Positions 30,682 to 40,632 are shown, counted from the first letter of the stretch. The stretch is 64,000 nt of DNA from a bacterium (GCA_965240335.1 CBDEKM010000018.1:73417-137416); one strand, 5' to 3'. A program made the numbers and translations. Notes: generated from the letters alone by a model not told the origin.

Positions 30682-30821
30682 AACCAACCAAACATGAAAA
30701 GCGTATAATAAGGCAGGAACGAGAGCGGCCGGATCCTCATCACGTGCCGGATGGGTTGCCACGCAGCCCGTGATGAATGTGGTTTCTCAGAATTAACCTG
30801 ATTCGAGTGGCGGCATGCCGT

Positions 30822-31628
30822 ATGTCCACCTTCAGTCTGGATAACAATCCAAAGCGTCAGTCCGCGTTTTCCCGCATACGTCAGATCCTAAAACGAACGA
30901 TGGTGTCCGGTCTGATTGCACTCATTCCGCTCACTATAACGGTCGCCGTTCTGAGCTGGTTGCTGGCCTGGCTGGATTCCTTCGCCGAACCGGTCATACG
31001 CGGACTGCTGGGGCTGGATACCCGCATACCCGGACTCGGGATCCTGCTTATGCTGGCCGTGATTTTCCTGGCCGGTTTCGTGGCCTCAAACGTGCTGGGC
31101 AGGAGGCTGATCACCTGGTTCGAAGACCTCATGATGCGGCTGCCCGTCGCGCGAAGGGTGTACCATCCGGTAAAAAAACTGTTAGACACTTTCACCATGG
31201 CGGGGGAGACTCGGATCTGGAAAACGGTCCTGGTAGAATATCCCCGGCGCGGGGCCTGGATGATCGCATTCATAGCCGGTGACATGCCGAGTGAAGACAC
31301 GCGTGAAGATATGGTGAGTGTCTTCGTCCCCAATACGCCCAATCCCGCGGCGGGCCGCGTGGTGATCGTGCCTCGGCGGGAGGTGATACCCGTGGATCTG
31401 TCCGTCGAAGAAGCCCTGGAATTCGTCGTGTCCGGAGGCACGGCCTTCAGCAACGAGCTGACCCTGCCTTCGCTGCGGGCAGGCGAACCAACGGCATCCC
31501 GAAGTGTCCATCCTGTTTCTGTATCTCGGACTGACCGTCCGGTACCCTCATCCCGGGCTGATCATCCAGCACCCACATCCCGGAGCGATCGGAGCGTACC
31601 GGTCTCCCAGACGGACGATCCGGTGTAA
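30822..31628 (+). CDS. DUF502 family membrane protein
   Basis: GLIALIPLTIT, IPGLG, LVEYPRRG, VFVPNTPNP, LSVEEALEFVVSGG. Confidence 0.85.
   Translation: MSTFSLDNNPKRQSAFSRIRQILKRTMVSGLIALIPLTITVAVLSWLLAWLDSFAEPVIRGLLGLDTRIPGLGILLMLAVIFLAGFVASNVLGRRLITWFEDLMMRLPVARRVYHPVKKLLDTFTMAGETRIWKTVLVEYPRRGAWMIAFIAGDMPSEDTREDMVSVFVPNTPNPAAGRVVIVPRREVIPVDLSVEEALEFVVSGGTAFSNELTLPSLRAGEPTASRSVHPVSVSRTDRPVPSSRADHPAPTSRSDRSVPVSQTDDPV
31498..31626 (+). repeat. Degenerate 27-bp (9-aa) tandem repeat in DUF502 tail
   Basis: SRSVHPVSV/SRTDRPVPS/SRADHPAPT/SRSDRSVPV/SQTDDPV. Confidence 0.7.
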
Positions 31629-31768
31629 TTGCGGCTGCAACCGGTGTCATGGCCCACCGGATTCGTGTATCGAAGAAATTGGCAAAAGTCTTGTGTTTTC
31701 TTATCTTTAGGTGAATATTAATCATCAACATTTGTATAACATAACCTCCCCCCAAGGGATCCTGTTCG

Positions 31769-33331
31769 ATGTTCGATCTGGTCAACCTGATCAACCTGCT
31801 TGATATATTCATCATAGCGGCCCTGATCTACAGCCTCTACATGTGGCTGAAGGGTACCCGGGCGTATCATATCCTGATCGGCCTGGGCATCCTGGGCATC
31901 CTGTACAGCATTGCAAGCTGGAGCGGGCTGCTACTGACCAGCCAGATCCTGCAGTACCTCCTCGGTGTAACCCTCCTGCTGATCATCGTGGTCTTCCAGC
32001 CCGAAATACGACAACTGCTGGAAAAAGTCAGTCCCCTGGTCATATTCAGGATGCAAGGCAGCCCCATCTCCCGGCGCATACTGAAGGAGATTACCGAGGC
32101 CTGCTTCGAACTGTCGGAAAAACGCATCGGCGGCCTGCTGGTCTTCCCCCGGGCGGCCGGGGTCACGGGGGCCGTTCAGCATGGTGTCAAACTCGACAGT
32201 CTCGTGAGCCAGGAACTGATCGTCAGTATCTTCCATCCCTCGTCTCCGATACACGACGGCGCCATTATCGTGGAGAAGGACCGCGTGGTCGAAGCCGCCA
32301 CGTATCTTCCGCTTTCGACCCGCGAGCATCTGCCGCCCCGGTACGGCACGCGGCACCGGGCGGCGCTCGGCGTGTCGGAACTCGGCGATACGTTCTGCGT
32401 CGTGGTTTCCGAGGAAAGCGGCGAAGTTTCCATAGCGTCATACGGGGACATCTCGGCCATGGCAGACCGGGAGAAACTGTGGCAGGCGTTAGAGAAATCC
32501 CTGGTGCCTATCGAGATCCCCCGAAGCAGGCTGTCGCTCCGGGAAGCAATGGGCAAGATCGCCGCACTCTGGCCGGGATACCGGTTCAACCGGAGTAACC
32601 TGACCCCCAAACTGGCATCCATCGCGGTATCCTGTCTGCTCTGGTTCACGCTGATCGGACAGCAACGGTCCGAAATCGCCGTTACCGCCGCTTTGGAGTT
32701 CCAGAACATCCCGACTAATATCGAGTTGATCAGCAATTCGACCAGCGAGGTGATCGTCCGGGTGCGGGGACCCCAGGGGAGTATTTCGACGCTGACCGCG
32801 GACCAGGTGCGCGTTATGGTAGACCTGGACGATATCGAGCCAGGAACCCATACCATGCCGCTCACGGAGGCGAACGTGGAGTTGCCATTCGGCGTGGAAG
32901 CCACCTCGATCGATCCCAGAAGTCTGACCATAAAGTCTGACCGTATCGTAAACAGGCGGATAATGATCGATTACGATCTGACCGGGCAACTTCCCGATGG
33001 ACTGGAACTCGCACGGGATGTCATGGTAGAGCCGCCCTCGGTGCCGATCACGGGCCGGGAAATGGAATTGGACCAGATCGTGCGGATCGTGACGTCGCCT
33101 TCGATCGACCTTTCCGAGATTACGGCCAGCCAGATCTTCGACTGCCGGTTGACAATCTTACCGCAAAACCTGACGTATTCCTCTTTCACCATCGAGGACC
33201 GCGAGGTCAGGGTCCATATCGATCTGCAGCCAGTCGGCGATGGTCAATCGGTTTCGGGAGAAACCGGTGGGCTGACCGAGGTAGTGTCTTCCCTGCAGGC
33301 CAGCCTGGACAACCGGCTGAATTCACCTTGA
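31769..33331 (+). CDS. cdaA: Diadenylate cyclase CdaA fused to YbbR/CdaR-type domains
   Basis: Three N-terminal TMs, VVFQPEIR, HDGA and GTRHRAA catalytic motifs, VVSEESG; then a TM and YbbR-like repeats (VRVRGP...VDL..IEPG). Confidence 0.88.
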   Translation: MFDLVNLINLLDIFIIAALIYSLYMWLKGTRAYHILIGLGILGILYSIASWSGLLLTSQILQYLLGVTLLLIIVVFQPEIRQLLEKVSPLVIFRMQGSPISRRILKEITEACFELSEKRIGGLLVFPRAAGVTGAVQHGVKLDSLVSQELIVSIFHPSSPIHDGAIIVEKDRVVEAATYLPLSTREHLPPRYGTRHRAALGVSELGDTFCVVVSEESGEVSIASYGDISAMADREKLWQALEKSLVPIEIPRSRLSLREAMGKIAALWPGYRFNRSNLTPKLASIAVSCLLWFTLIGQQRSEIAVTAALEFQNIPTNIELISNSTSEVIVRVRGPQGSISTLTADQVRVMVDLDDIEPGTHTMPLTEANVELPFGVEATSIDPRSLTIKSDRIVNRRIMIDYDLTGQLPDGLELARDVMVEPPSVPITGREMELDQIVRIVTSPSIDLSEITASQIFDCRLTILPQNLTYSSFTIEDREVRVHIDLQPVGDGQSVSGETGGLTEVVSSLQASLDNRLNSP

Positions 33332-33365
33332 CTTAGCGTTAGATCCCGCCCTATTTTCACATCCT

Positions 33366-34400
33366 ATGAGCATCCCTTCGTCAATCTGGTCAAAGGCGGC
33401 GTGGGTGTCTTGCGCCCTGTTGCTTTCGACCGCTTATGTATCCGCGGACACGGGACCGTCCGGTAGACTTACCCCGGTGGATAGCCCTGTCAATGCTCCT
33501 GCCCCTGCGGTGGACGGGGATATCCCTGATCCGGTTTCCGGGAAAGCTCCGTCCGATAAGGTGGACGGGTCGCCGGCAAAGGCGGACGCAACATCCGCCA
33601 GGTCGAGCTGGCACAGCGCCGGTATCCGCGTACGCGCCCGTGCCGCCCTTGTGCTCGACATGCAGAAGGGCGAGGTCATCTACCAGAAGAATGCCACGTC
33701 GCTGTTCCCTGTCGCGAGCATCACGAAACTGATGACGGCCGTGACCTACATGGGGATGAATCCGGACCTGGATAAGCCCATGAGCATCACGCGGAAGGAC
33801 GTCTACCGGGCGAACTGGACAAAACTGAGATTCAGGGAGCGGGTCTCGGCCCGGGATCTGCTCTACGCTACGCTTGTCGCTTCGGACAACGCCGCAGCGC
33901 GCGCGCTGGTCCGGGCGTCGGGTCTGACGATAGAAGCGTTCGTGGATCGCATGAATGAAACGGCGGCTTCGCTCGGCCTGGCGAACTCGCGATTTACCGA
34001 ACCCACCGGACTGGATTCAGGCAACATATCCACGGCGGTGGACTGTATAGCCCTTCTGTGGACCGCGCTCCAGGACGAATTGCTATCGGAAATCCTGCTG
34101 GCGAAGGAGTACAAGTTCGGAACGAACCGCCGCGTGCATACCATCAGGACTACCAACCGGCTGGTACGCGATACGACGACTCAAAGCCAGTGGGAGTCCG
34201 TTGGCAGCAAGACCGGATACATCCGAAGGGCCGGATACTGTCTCGTCCTGCGTGCCCTCGGCAATGATGGCGACGATATCTACGCAGTCATACTCGGAGG
34301 TCCGACGAGTAGAACCAGGTTCACGGACATGCGCCGCTTGCTGGACTGGAGCGTAAATACCGGCCGGAACGTCGGACAGCCGGCCGGAGTTGACGGCTGA
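33366..34400 (+). CDS. Peptidase S11 D-Ala-D-Ala endo/carboxypeptidase (PbpG-like)
   Basis: ASITKLMT (SxxK), SDN, FTEPTGL, KTGYI; signal peptide. Confidence 0.88.
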   Translation: MSIPSSIWSKAAWVSCALLLSTAYVSADTGPSGRLTPVDSPVNAPAPAVDGDIPDPVSGKAPSDKVDGSPAKADATSARSSWHSAGIRVRARAALVLDMQKGEVIYQKNATSLFPVASITKLMTAVTYMGMNPDLDKPMSITRKDVYRANWTKLRFRERVSARDLLYATLVASDNAAARALVRASGLTIEAFVDRMNETAASLGLANSRFTEPTGLDSGNISTAVDCIALLWTALQDELLSEILLAKEYKFGTNRRVHTIRTTNRLVRDTTTQSQWESVGSKTGYIRRAGYCLVLRALGNDGDDIYAVILGGPTSRTRFTDMRRLLDWSVNTGRNVGQPAGVDG

Positions 34401-34474
34401 CGGGAAAATCGAGGTATTAACAAACGAAGCGCGTCCCGAGGGGCGTATCTTCGGCTACCTGGTAAGGAGCAAGT

Positions 34475-34642
34475 ATGTTGGCGACGATTGGTTTCAGCGT
34501 GATCGGCACGATAATCCTGGGTCTTGTTGCGATCGGCCTGGTCTATCTCATGGCCCTCACAGGGGGCGGCCAGCGCGTACGTTCCCCGGGGCGACGCTCA
34601 ACAGGCAGACCGCGGCCCGCAGGGGCCGGTGGTCGCAGGTAA
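34475..34642 (+). CDS. Small single-pass membrane protein (55 aa), hypothetical
   Basis: TAAGGAG RBS 5 nt before ATG; MLATIGFSVIGTIILGLVAIGLVYLMALTGGGQRVRSPGRRSTGRPRPAGAGGRR; below the ORF track cutoff. Confidence 0.65.
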   Translation: MLATIGFSVIGTIILGLVAIGLVYLMALTGGGQRVRSPGRRSTGRPRPAGAGGRR

Positions 34643-34658
34643 TACGGAGCTTCCCGCA

Positions 34659-35348
34659 ATGACCTCGTTAAGCCGGTACGTGGCCGCCCTCGTGCTATGC
34701 GGTCTCGCTTCCGGGTGGGCGCCCCACGCAGGGCGCGCAGACTATAGCGAAAACGGCAGGTTGACCATTGCGCGGATGAAGTATGACGGCGGGGGCGACT
34801 GGTACAATGACCCCGAAGCGATTCCCAACCTCGCACGGGAACTGCAACTGCGTGCGGGCATCGAGACAAATCTGGATCAGCGTGTCGTTACCCTGACAGA
34901 TGACCTGCTGTTTTCTTCACCGGTCCTTTTCATGACCGGTCACGGCGAGGTGAGGTGGACCGAATCGGAAGTCAGGAACCTGCGTACCTACCTGATGCGC
35001 GGCGGTTTCCTTTATGCCGATGACGATTATGGCATGGACAAGGCCTTTCGCAGGGAAATGAAACGGGTCTTTCCGGACAAGGATTTTGTCGAACTACCGT
35101 TCACCCACCCGATCTACCACATCATCTACGATTTACCGGCTGGCCCACCCAAACATCATGAGCACGACGGCAAGCCGCCCCAGGGATTCGGACTCTTCCA
35201 CGATGGGCGACTGGTGGTGTATTATACTTACGAAAGCAATGTCAGCGATGGCTGGGCCGACGAGAAGACCCATAACGATCCACCGGCGAAACGAGACACC
35301 GCCTTTAGAATGGGAATCAACATCATCGCTTACGCGCTCTACCGTTGA
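34659..35348 (+). CDS. DUF4159 family exported protein
   Basis: Signal peptide, KYDGGGDWY, FMTGHG, GGFLYADDDYG, HPIYH, DGWAD, RMGINI. Confidence 0.85.
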   Translation: MTSLSRYVAALVLCGLASGWAPHAGRADYSENGRLTIARMKYDGGGDWYNDPEAIPNLARELQLRAGIETNLDQRVVTLTDDLLFSSPVLFMTGHGEVRWTESEVRNLRTYLMRGGFLYADDDYGMDKAFRREMKRVFPDKDFVELPFTHPIYHIIYDLPAGPPKHHEHDGKPPQGFGLFHDGRLVVYYTYESNVSDGWADEKTHNDPPAKRDTAFRMGINIIAYALYR

Positions 35349-35373
35349 CGCTGGAACACAGGGACGGTATACT
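35345..35373 (+). promoter_or_regulatory. Sigma70 promoter upstream of ORF 35478
   Basis: TTGACG-17 bp-TATACT. Confidence 0.65.
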
Positions 35374-35477
35374 GAAACCTGAAAGGCGAAGTGAACGTCT
35401 AACTCTGTAGAAGACTTTTCGACCGGCGAAACGAAGCTCGAAAACCCACGAAGCAACCAGGGAAAAGGAGTGCCAAC

Positions 35478-35816
35478 ATGAACCTCTGGCAAACCATTAA
35501 ATCGGAACTGGACGGTCCATTCGAATCCGTGCGCAAAAGCCTGTCGGGCGCGTTGGACATGGCGGAAGACCTCACGCGCAGGGGACGGACCAAACTGGAG
35601 ATCCAGTCGGCCCGCAGCGATATCCGCAGCCAGTTGACCGAACTGGGCGGCCGCGTACACCAGATGGTGGTCGTGGACGGTATCACCGATGTGTCGGGCG
35701 ATACAGAGGTGAACGGCATCCTCGACTGCATCAAGGAATTGCAGGGTAGTATAGAAGACCGGGAAGAAGAACTGCGCCGCGAAGATGCGGAACGCACGGA
35801 GAAGAAGGCCTCCTGA
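35478..35816 (+). CDS. Hypothetical coiled-coil protein
   Basis: AAGGAG RBS, helical charged sequence, followed by an intrinsic terminator. Confidence 0.75.
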   Translation: MNLWQTIKSELDGPFESVRKSLSGALDMAEDLTRRGRTKLEIQSARSDIRSQLTELGGRVHQMVVVDGITDVSGDTEVNGILDCIKELQGSIEDREEELRREDAERTEKKAS

Positions 35817-35854
35817 CGTAGATTCACCGCGTGCAGGTTTACCGGTTCCTACTG

Positions 35855-35893
35855 ACCCCGGCATGTCGCAGACGCATGCCGGGGTTCTTCTTT
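35855..35893 (+). terminator. Intrinsic terminator
   Basis: CCCCGGCATG...CATGCCGGGG stem followed by TTCTTCTTT. Confidence 0.7.
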
Positions 35894-36066
35894 GGTATCG
35901 GTACAATTGAATGCTCGGGTGCCTCCCCGCATGCATTTCATGACGTATACGGCCATACCCGCAGTAGTCACGTTTCCCTTGATTTAATCCTCCTCCGCCT
36001 TACTATTCCAGGACGTCCAGTCCACCACCTAGAACCAGGCGAACGCCTGGAACACTGACCCTGTCC

Positions 36067-37086
36067 ATGCTCCGTATCCTGCTCGGCTCCCAGCAAACGG
36101 GCTTGATCCTTGTCATCCTGCTGCTCGGCGTGGTACTCTCAATTTTCGCGGGGTATCACGTGGACCGCACGACGGGCGAACTCGTCAATAACTTCCTCAA
36201 TTCCCGTACCCTGATGCAAACTGCCACCGACGCCAGTTTCTTCGTGATCATGGCGGTCGGGGCGACCATGGTGATCATATCCGGCGGGATCGACCTTTCG
36301 GTCGGTTCGATCTATGCCCTGTCCGGGGTAATGACCACCATGGTCTTGCGGTCCTTGGCGCCGGACAGTCCCTTCGCGGTGGTCGCGCTGGCCGTCGTGC
36401 TGTGCGTCAGCCTGGGCGTTTTGTGCGGCCTGCTGAACGGTGTCATGGTAGTCGGACTCCGCGTGCATCCCTTTATCGTCACGCTTGGCACGATGTGGAT
36501 ATTCAGAGGCATTGCCTTTGTGGCCAGCGAGGCGGAGAGCATACTCGTGCCGCAGTCCCTTACCGATGCGATCAAGCTGTCCTTCGGTTCCGAAGCCCTC
36601 TATCCCATGCCCATGATCATCATGTTTCTCATCACGGTGGCCGGCGCCGTATACCTGTCGCGGACGGTCATGGGCCGCCATATTTTCGCAGTGGGCGGCA
36701 ACGTGGAGGCGGGCCGCTATGCCGGGCTTCGGATCAACCGGATCCTGGTTGGCGTATACGTGGTTTCGGGGCTTACCGCGGGCGTAGCCGCGCTGGTGGG
36801 CAGCAGTTACTACGGTTCGGCCTCCTGCGCCGACGCCACGGGATACGAACTTTACGTGATCGCTTCCGCGGTCGTCGGTGGCGCGAGCCTGCGCGGCGGC
36901 AGGGGAAGCGCGGTCAACGCCATGCTCGGCGCCATGTTGATCGTCCTGATCCGCCAGTCCATTCGTACCCTGCATCTGGACCAGAACTACGAATGGGTCG
37001 TGATCGGTTGCGCGATCATCATCGCGGTGGTCCTCGACCAGGTGAACCGGCGGCTCACGGCGCGCAGGCTGGCGGCGTCGAGTTAG
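36067..37086 (+). CDS. Sugar ABC permease (RbsC-like)
   Basis: ISGGIDLSVGS, HPFIVTLG, GRHIFAVGGN, GYELYVIASAVVGGASLRGG. Confidence 0.92.
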   Translation: MLRILLGSQQTGLILVILLLGVVLSIFAGYHVDRTTGELVNNFLNSRTLMQTATDASFFVIMAVGATMVIISGGIDLSVGSIYALSGVMTTMVLRSLAPDSPFAVVALAVVLCVSLGVLCGLLNGVMVVGLRVHPFIVTLGTMWIFRGIAFVASEAESILVPQSLTDAIKLSFGSEALYPMPMIIMFLITVAGAVYLSRTVMGRHIFAVGGNVEAGRYAGLRINRILVGVYVVSGLTAGVAALVGSSYYGSASCADATGYELYVIASAVVGGASLRGGRGSAVNAMLGAMLIVLIRQSIRTLHLDQNYEWVVIGCAIIIAVVLDQVNRRLTARRLAASS

Positions 37087-37134
37087 ACCCGGTAGGAGAT
37101 AGATCCAGGACCCTCTGAACCCGTTCAGAAAGGA

Positions 37135-38181
37135 ATGAGACCGATGATTCACTTCATGAGGCGTATGCAGACGCTGTTTCCGCTGACCCTGGGCCTGTTT
37201 ATTATAGGAATGGGTTGCGGGGGGACAGCGCCTCCCGACGACAACCGGCTCGTGATCTCCATGATCGCCAAGAGCACGACCAATCCCGTGTTCCTTTCTT
37301 CCCGTACCGGCGCGGAGGCCGCCGCTCGAGCGCTTTCGGATGAGCACGGCATCGACATCGTGATCGACTGGCGCACGCCGCCGACGGAGGACGGCCAGGT
37401 CCAGGCCCAGCGCATCGCGCAGGCGGTGAACGAAGGCGCCGACGTGGTCCTGATCTCCTGTTCGGATGCCGCCAAGGTTACAGGCGCCATCAATGACGCG
37501 GTAGACCGGGGTGTGCCGGTCATGACCTTCGACAGCGATGCGCCCGATTCCCGGCGGTTCGCCTTCTTCGGCGTGGACGACATCAAGACCGGCGGACTGA
37601 TCATGGAAGAACTGGCCGTGGCGATGAACGGCAAGGGCCGCGTGGCCATCCTCGCGGGCAACCAGAACGCCCCGAATCTGCGCAGACGCGTAGAAGGGGT
37701 CCTGCAGAAGGCCGCGGAGTACCCGGACATCTCGATCGTCGGGACCTTCTTCCACATCGAAACCCCCCAGGACGCCGCCGCCGAAGTGGTGCGGGTCAAC
37801 AATGCCTACCCGGACATCGAAGGATGGGCCATGGTCGGTGGATGGGCGCTGTTCACCCAGACCCTGCTGACCGACCTGGACCCCGAACGAATGAAGATCA
37901 TCTCCGTCGACGCGCTGCCGCCCCAGCTGACTTACATCGAACAGGGCATCGTGCCTGTGCTCTGGGGACAGCCCACCTACCTGTGGGGATACGAATCCGT
38001 CCGCCTGATCGTCGAGAAGATCCACCTGAAGCAGGACGTGGCCGTCATCAATCCGCTCGAGCTGGTCCACGTGTCGCAGAAGAACCTCGGAGAATGGGCG
38101 AAGATGCTCCAGGGATGGGGATTCACGGATGTACCCGAACGGTACCTGCAGATGGAGGAACCGGCGGCTTCGGGCGACTGA
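37135..38181 (+). CDS. Sugar ABC substrate-binding lipoprotein (RbsB/LsrB-like)
   Basis: Lipobox-like GMGC, NPVF, GVPVMTFDSDAP, NLRRRVEG. Confidence 0.88.
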   Translation: MRPMIHFMRRMQTLFPLTLGLFIIGMGCGGTAPPDDNRLVISMIAKSTTNPVFLSSRTGAEAAARALSDEHGIDIVIDWRTPPTEDGQVQAQRIAQAVNEGADVVLISCSDAAKVTGAINDAVDRGVPVMTFDSDAPDSRRFAFFGVDDIKTGGLIMEELAVAMNGKGRVAILAGNQNAPNLRRRVEGVLQKAAEYPDISIVGTFFHIETPQDAAAEVVRVNNAYPDIEGWAMVGGWALFTQTLLTDLDPERMKIISVDALPPQLTYIEQGIVPVLWGQPTYLWGYESVRLIVEKIHLKQDVAVINPLELVHVSQKNLGEWAKMLQGWGFTDVPERYLQMEEPAASGD

Positions 38182-38234
38182 CCAAACCGCCGCCCCGAAC
38201 GCTCGACTCAGGCGACTTATTTCCCGGTGACACC

Positions 38235-39734
38235 ATGGACCATGACCCTCCGCACCCCTACATCGAATTCGAACGGATCTCCAAGCGCTTTCCCAGCGTG
38301 ACCGCACTCGACGAGGTATCCTTCGGTATAGAAGCGGGTACCTGTCACGCCGTGGTCGGTGAAAACGGCGCGGGGAAAAGCACGCTGGGCCGGATCCTGA
38401 CCGGAATCTACGATCTCGACAGTGGACAGATTCGCATAGATGGGCGACCCGCGCAGTTGAATGAACCACGGGACGCCCTGGACATGGGCATCGGCATGGT
38501 CCACCAGGAACTCGTATTCTGCGAGAACCTGTCCGTGGCCGAGAACCTCTGCCTGGGCGCCCTGCCCGGCAAAGCCGGATTCGTATCCGATCGGAAGATG
38601 GAAGACCGGGCCAGGAACATGCTTGCGGCGGTCGACGTGGACATGGACGTGGGAACGCCCATCGGTGAACTGCCGGTCGCCCAGCAGCAACTCGTCCAGG
38701 TCGCGGCGGCCCTTGGCAGCGGCGCCCGCGTGATCGTCTTTGACGAACCGACCAGCAGCCTGTCTCACGTGGAAGCCGAACGGCTGCGGGAGAACATCCG
38801 GCATCTCAAGGCGAAGGGCGTGACGTCGATCTACATATCCCACGACCTGGACGAGATCTTCCGCCTGTGCGATTTCGTGACGGTACTTCGCGACGGCCGG
38901 CACGTGGCTACCCGGCCGGTCTTCGAACTCGACCGGTCCACGCTGATCAACCTGATGATCGGGCGCACTTTCGAGGCCTACTTCCCTTCCCACGTGGAAA
39001 CAGAACCCGGCGATGAGATGCTGGACGTGGACGGACTTTCCAGTTCGGGCAAGTTCGAGAACGTGTCCTTCTCGGTACGGTCCGGGGAGGTACTCGCCCT
39101 GGCCGGCCTGGTAGGCGCCGGCCGGACCGAAGTGCTGCAGGCCGTATTCGGGTTGGATCCCTTGGCCACGGGGCGGATCCGCGTAGCCGGCCGGCCTGTA
39201 AACATCAGGCATCCTATCGACGCGATGCGGACAGGCATCGGGCTCGTGCCCGAAGAACGGAAGCGATACGGTCTCGTCCTGTCCCTCAAAGTAGAGCAAA
39301 ACATCGGCCTTCCCACCCTGACCCGCCGGTCCGAATTCGGGTGGATCCGCGGCAAACGGGAAGGAGACCTGGCGCGGGAATACGTTAAGCGGCTATCGGT
39401 GCGTCCGGACGATGTCCGGTATGAAACGGCGGGGTTGTCTGGAGGCAATCAGCAGAAGGTGGTCCTGGCCAAGTGGCTGGCCGCTCGGTGCCCGGTCCTG
39501 CTGATCGACGAACCCACCCGGGGCGTGGACGTGGGCGCCAAATCGGAAATGCATGCCCTGATCGACGAATTGGCCCACGAAGGCACGGCCATTGTGCTCG
39601 TGTCGAGCGAGTTACCGGAGGTGCTCAACCTTTCGACGCGGATCATGGTGCTCCGTGCGGGATGTATTGCGGGCGAACTGTCCCGCGAAGAAGCGGACCA
39701 GGGCACGGTGATGCGGATGATGGCGGGGATGTAA
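38235..39734 (+). CDS. Sugar ABC ATP-binding protein (RbsA-like, two ATPase domains)
   Basis: GENGAGKST, DEPTSSL, GLVGAGRTE, LSGGNQQK, DEPTRGVDVGAK. Confidence 0.93.
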   Translation: MDHDPPHPYIEFERISKRFPSVTALDEVSFGIEAGTCHAVVGENGAGKSTLGRILTGIYDLDSGQIRIDGRPAQLNEPRDALDMGIGMVHQELVFCENLSVAENLCLGALPGKAGFVSDRKMEDRARNMLAAVDVDMDVGTPIGELPVAQQQLVQVAAALGSGARVIVFDEPTSSLSHVEAERLRENIRHLKAKGVTSIYISHDLDEIFRLCDFVTVLRDGRHVATRPVFELDRSTLINLMIGRTFEAYFPSHVETEPGDEMLDVDGLSSSGKFENVSFSVRSGEVLALAGLVGAGRTEVLQAVFGLDPLATGRIRVAGRPVNIRHPIDAMRTGIGLVPEERKRYGLVLSLKVEQNIGLPTLTRRSEFGWIRGKREGDLAREYVKRLSVRPDDVRYETAGLSGGNQQKVVLAKWLAARCPVLLIDEPTRGVDVGAKSEMHALIDELAHEGTAIVLVSSELPEVLNLSTRIMVLRAGCIAGELSREEADQGTVMRMMAGM

Positions 39735-39984
39735 CGGGAGGTGGGGTTACAACACTGATCCTTTTATCAGATCGGATTTTCTATCAACCTATATATCCGT
39801 AGAATGCAAAAGCCTTTCCCAAATCCCTGTATTGTAATTGTTAACGATTTTTTGATCGCTGAAATGACTAATCAGAAAGTAACTGGTGAATACAGAACTA
39901 ATCTGAAACTTAACTGAGTCAGAAGAACACCTGGTTGATTGATTCAATGGAAACCTTGTAAACGAAGCTAAGGAATGACTTGAA

Positions 39985-40632
39985 GTGAATCTTACTTCCA
40001 ACGAGATCATATCAATTATTCTGTTTCTACTGCCTGGATTTGTAACAGCGGCGATTTTCTTCAGTTACACCTCACATCTCAAACCCAGCCCGTTTGAACG
40101 AGTAATCCAGGCATTGGTTTTCACGATTGTGAACCACGCAACGGTAGAGGTCATACGATTGTGTGGAAAGGTTATTCAATGGTTTTCTGTGCAGATGGAT
40201 GTCGTTTGGATTCGTGTGACTGTAACACAAGTGGCGGTGGTATTGGATTTGATCCCAGACACATTGCTATATGTTACATTTGCAGTTTTGCTTGGTCTTA
40301 CTGCTGTTTATATTGCTAACAATGACACATTCCACCGAATACTTCGCAGATACAGGCTCACTGTGGAGGATTCCTACCCGTCGGAATGGTATTCTGCTTT
40401 CGCGCAAAATAGATCTTATGTCGTTCTACATCTTATTGGCCAGAGACGACTATATGGTTGGCCAAAAGAATGGTCCGGCAACCCAGACAGTGGCCATTTG
40501 TTGATTGCAGAATGTGAATGGCTAGACGGAGATCAGCAAATTCCAGTAAATGGAGTTGATACTATGCTGATACCGGTATCCGATGTGGAAATGGTAGAAT
40601 TTGTAGAGTTAAATCAAGAAGATCAGGAGTAG
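39985..40632 (+). CDS. DUF6338-like membrane protein
   Basis: FLLPGF N-terminus, about 3 TM helices, YPSEW..AF..YVVLHL..RRLYGWP.EW and a C-terminal beta-rich MLIP...VEF; family recognised from memory. Confidence 0.72.
   Translation: MNLTSNEIISIILFLLPGFVTAAIFFSYTSHLKPSPFERVIQALVFTIVNHATVEVIRLCGKVIQWFSVQMDVVWIRVTVTQVAVVLDLIPDTLLYVTFAVLLGLTAVYIANNDTFHRILRRYRLTVEDSYPSEWYSAFAQNRSYVVLHLIGQRRLYGWPKEWSGNPDSGHLLIAECEWLDGDQQIPVNGVDTMLIPVSDVEMVEFVELNQEDQE

Noticed and set aside
36139-38469. Long antisense ORFs (776 aa here; also 2860-4179, 20181-21419, 26097-27533, 41801-43126)
   Set aside because: Shadow frames of well-supported genes in GC-rich DNA, with no recognisable motifs.
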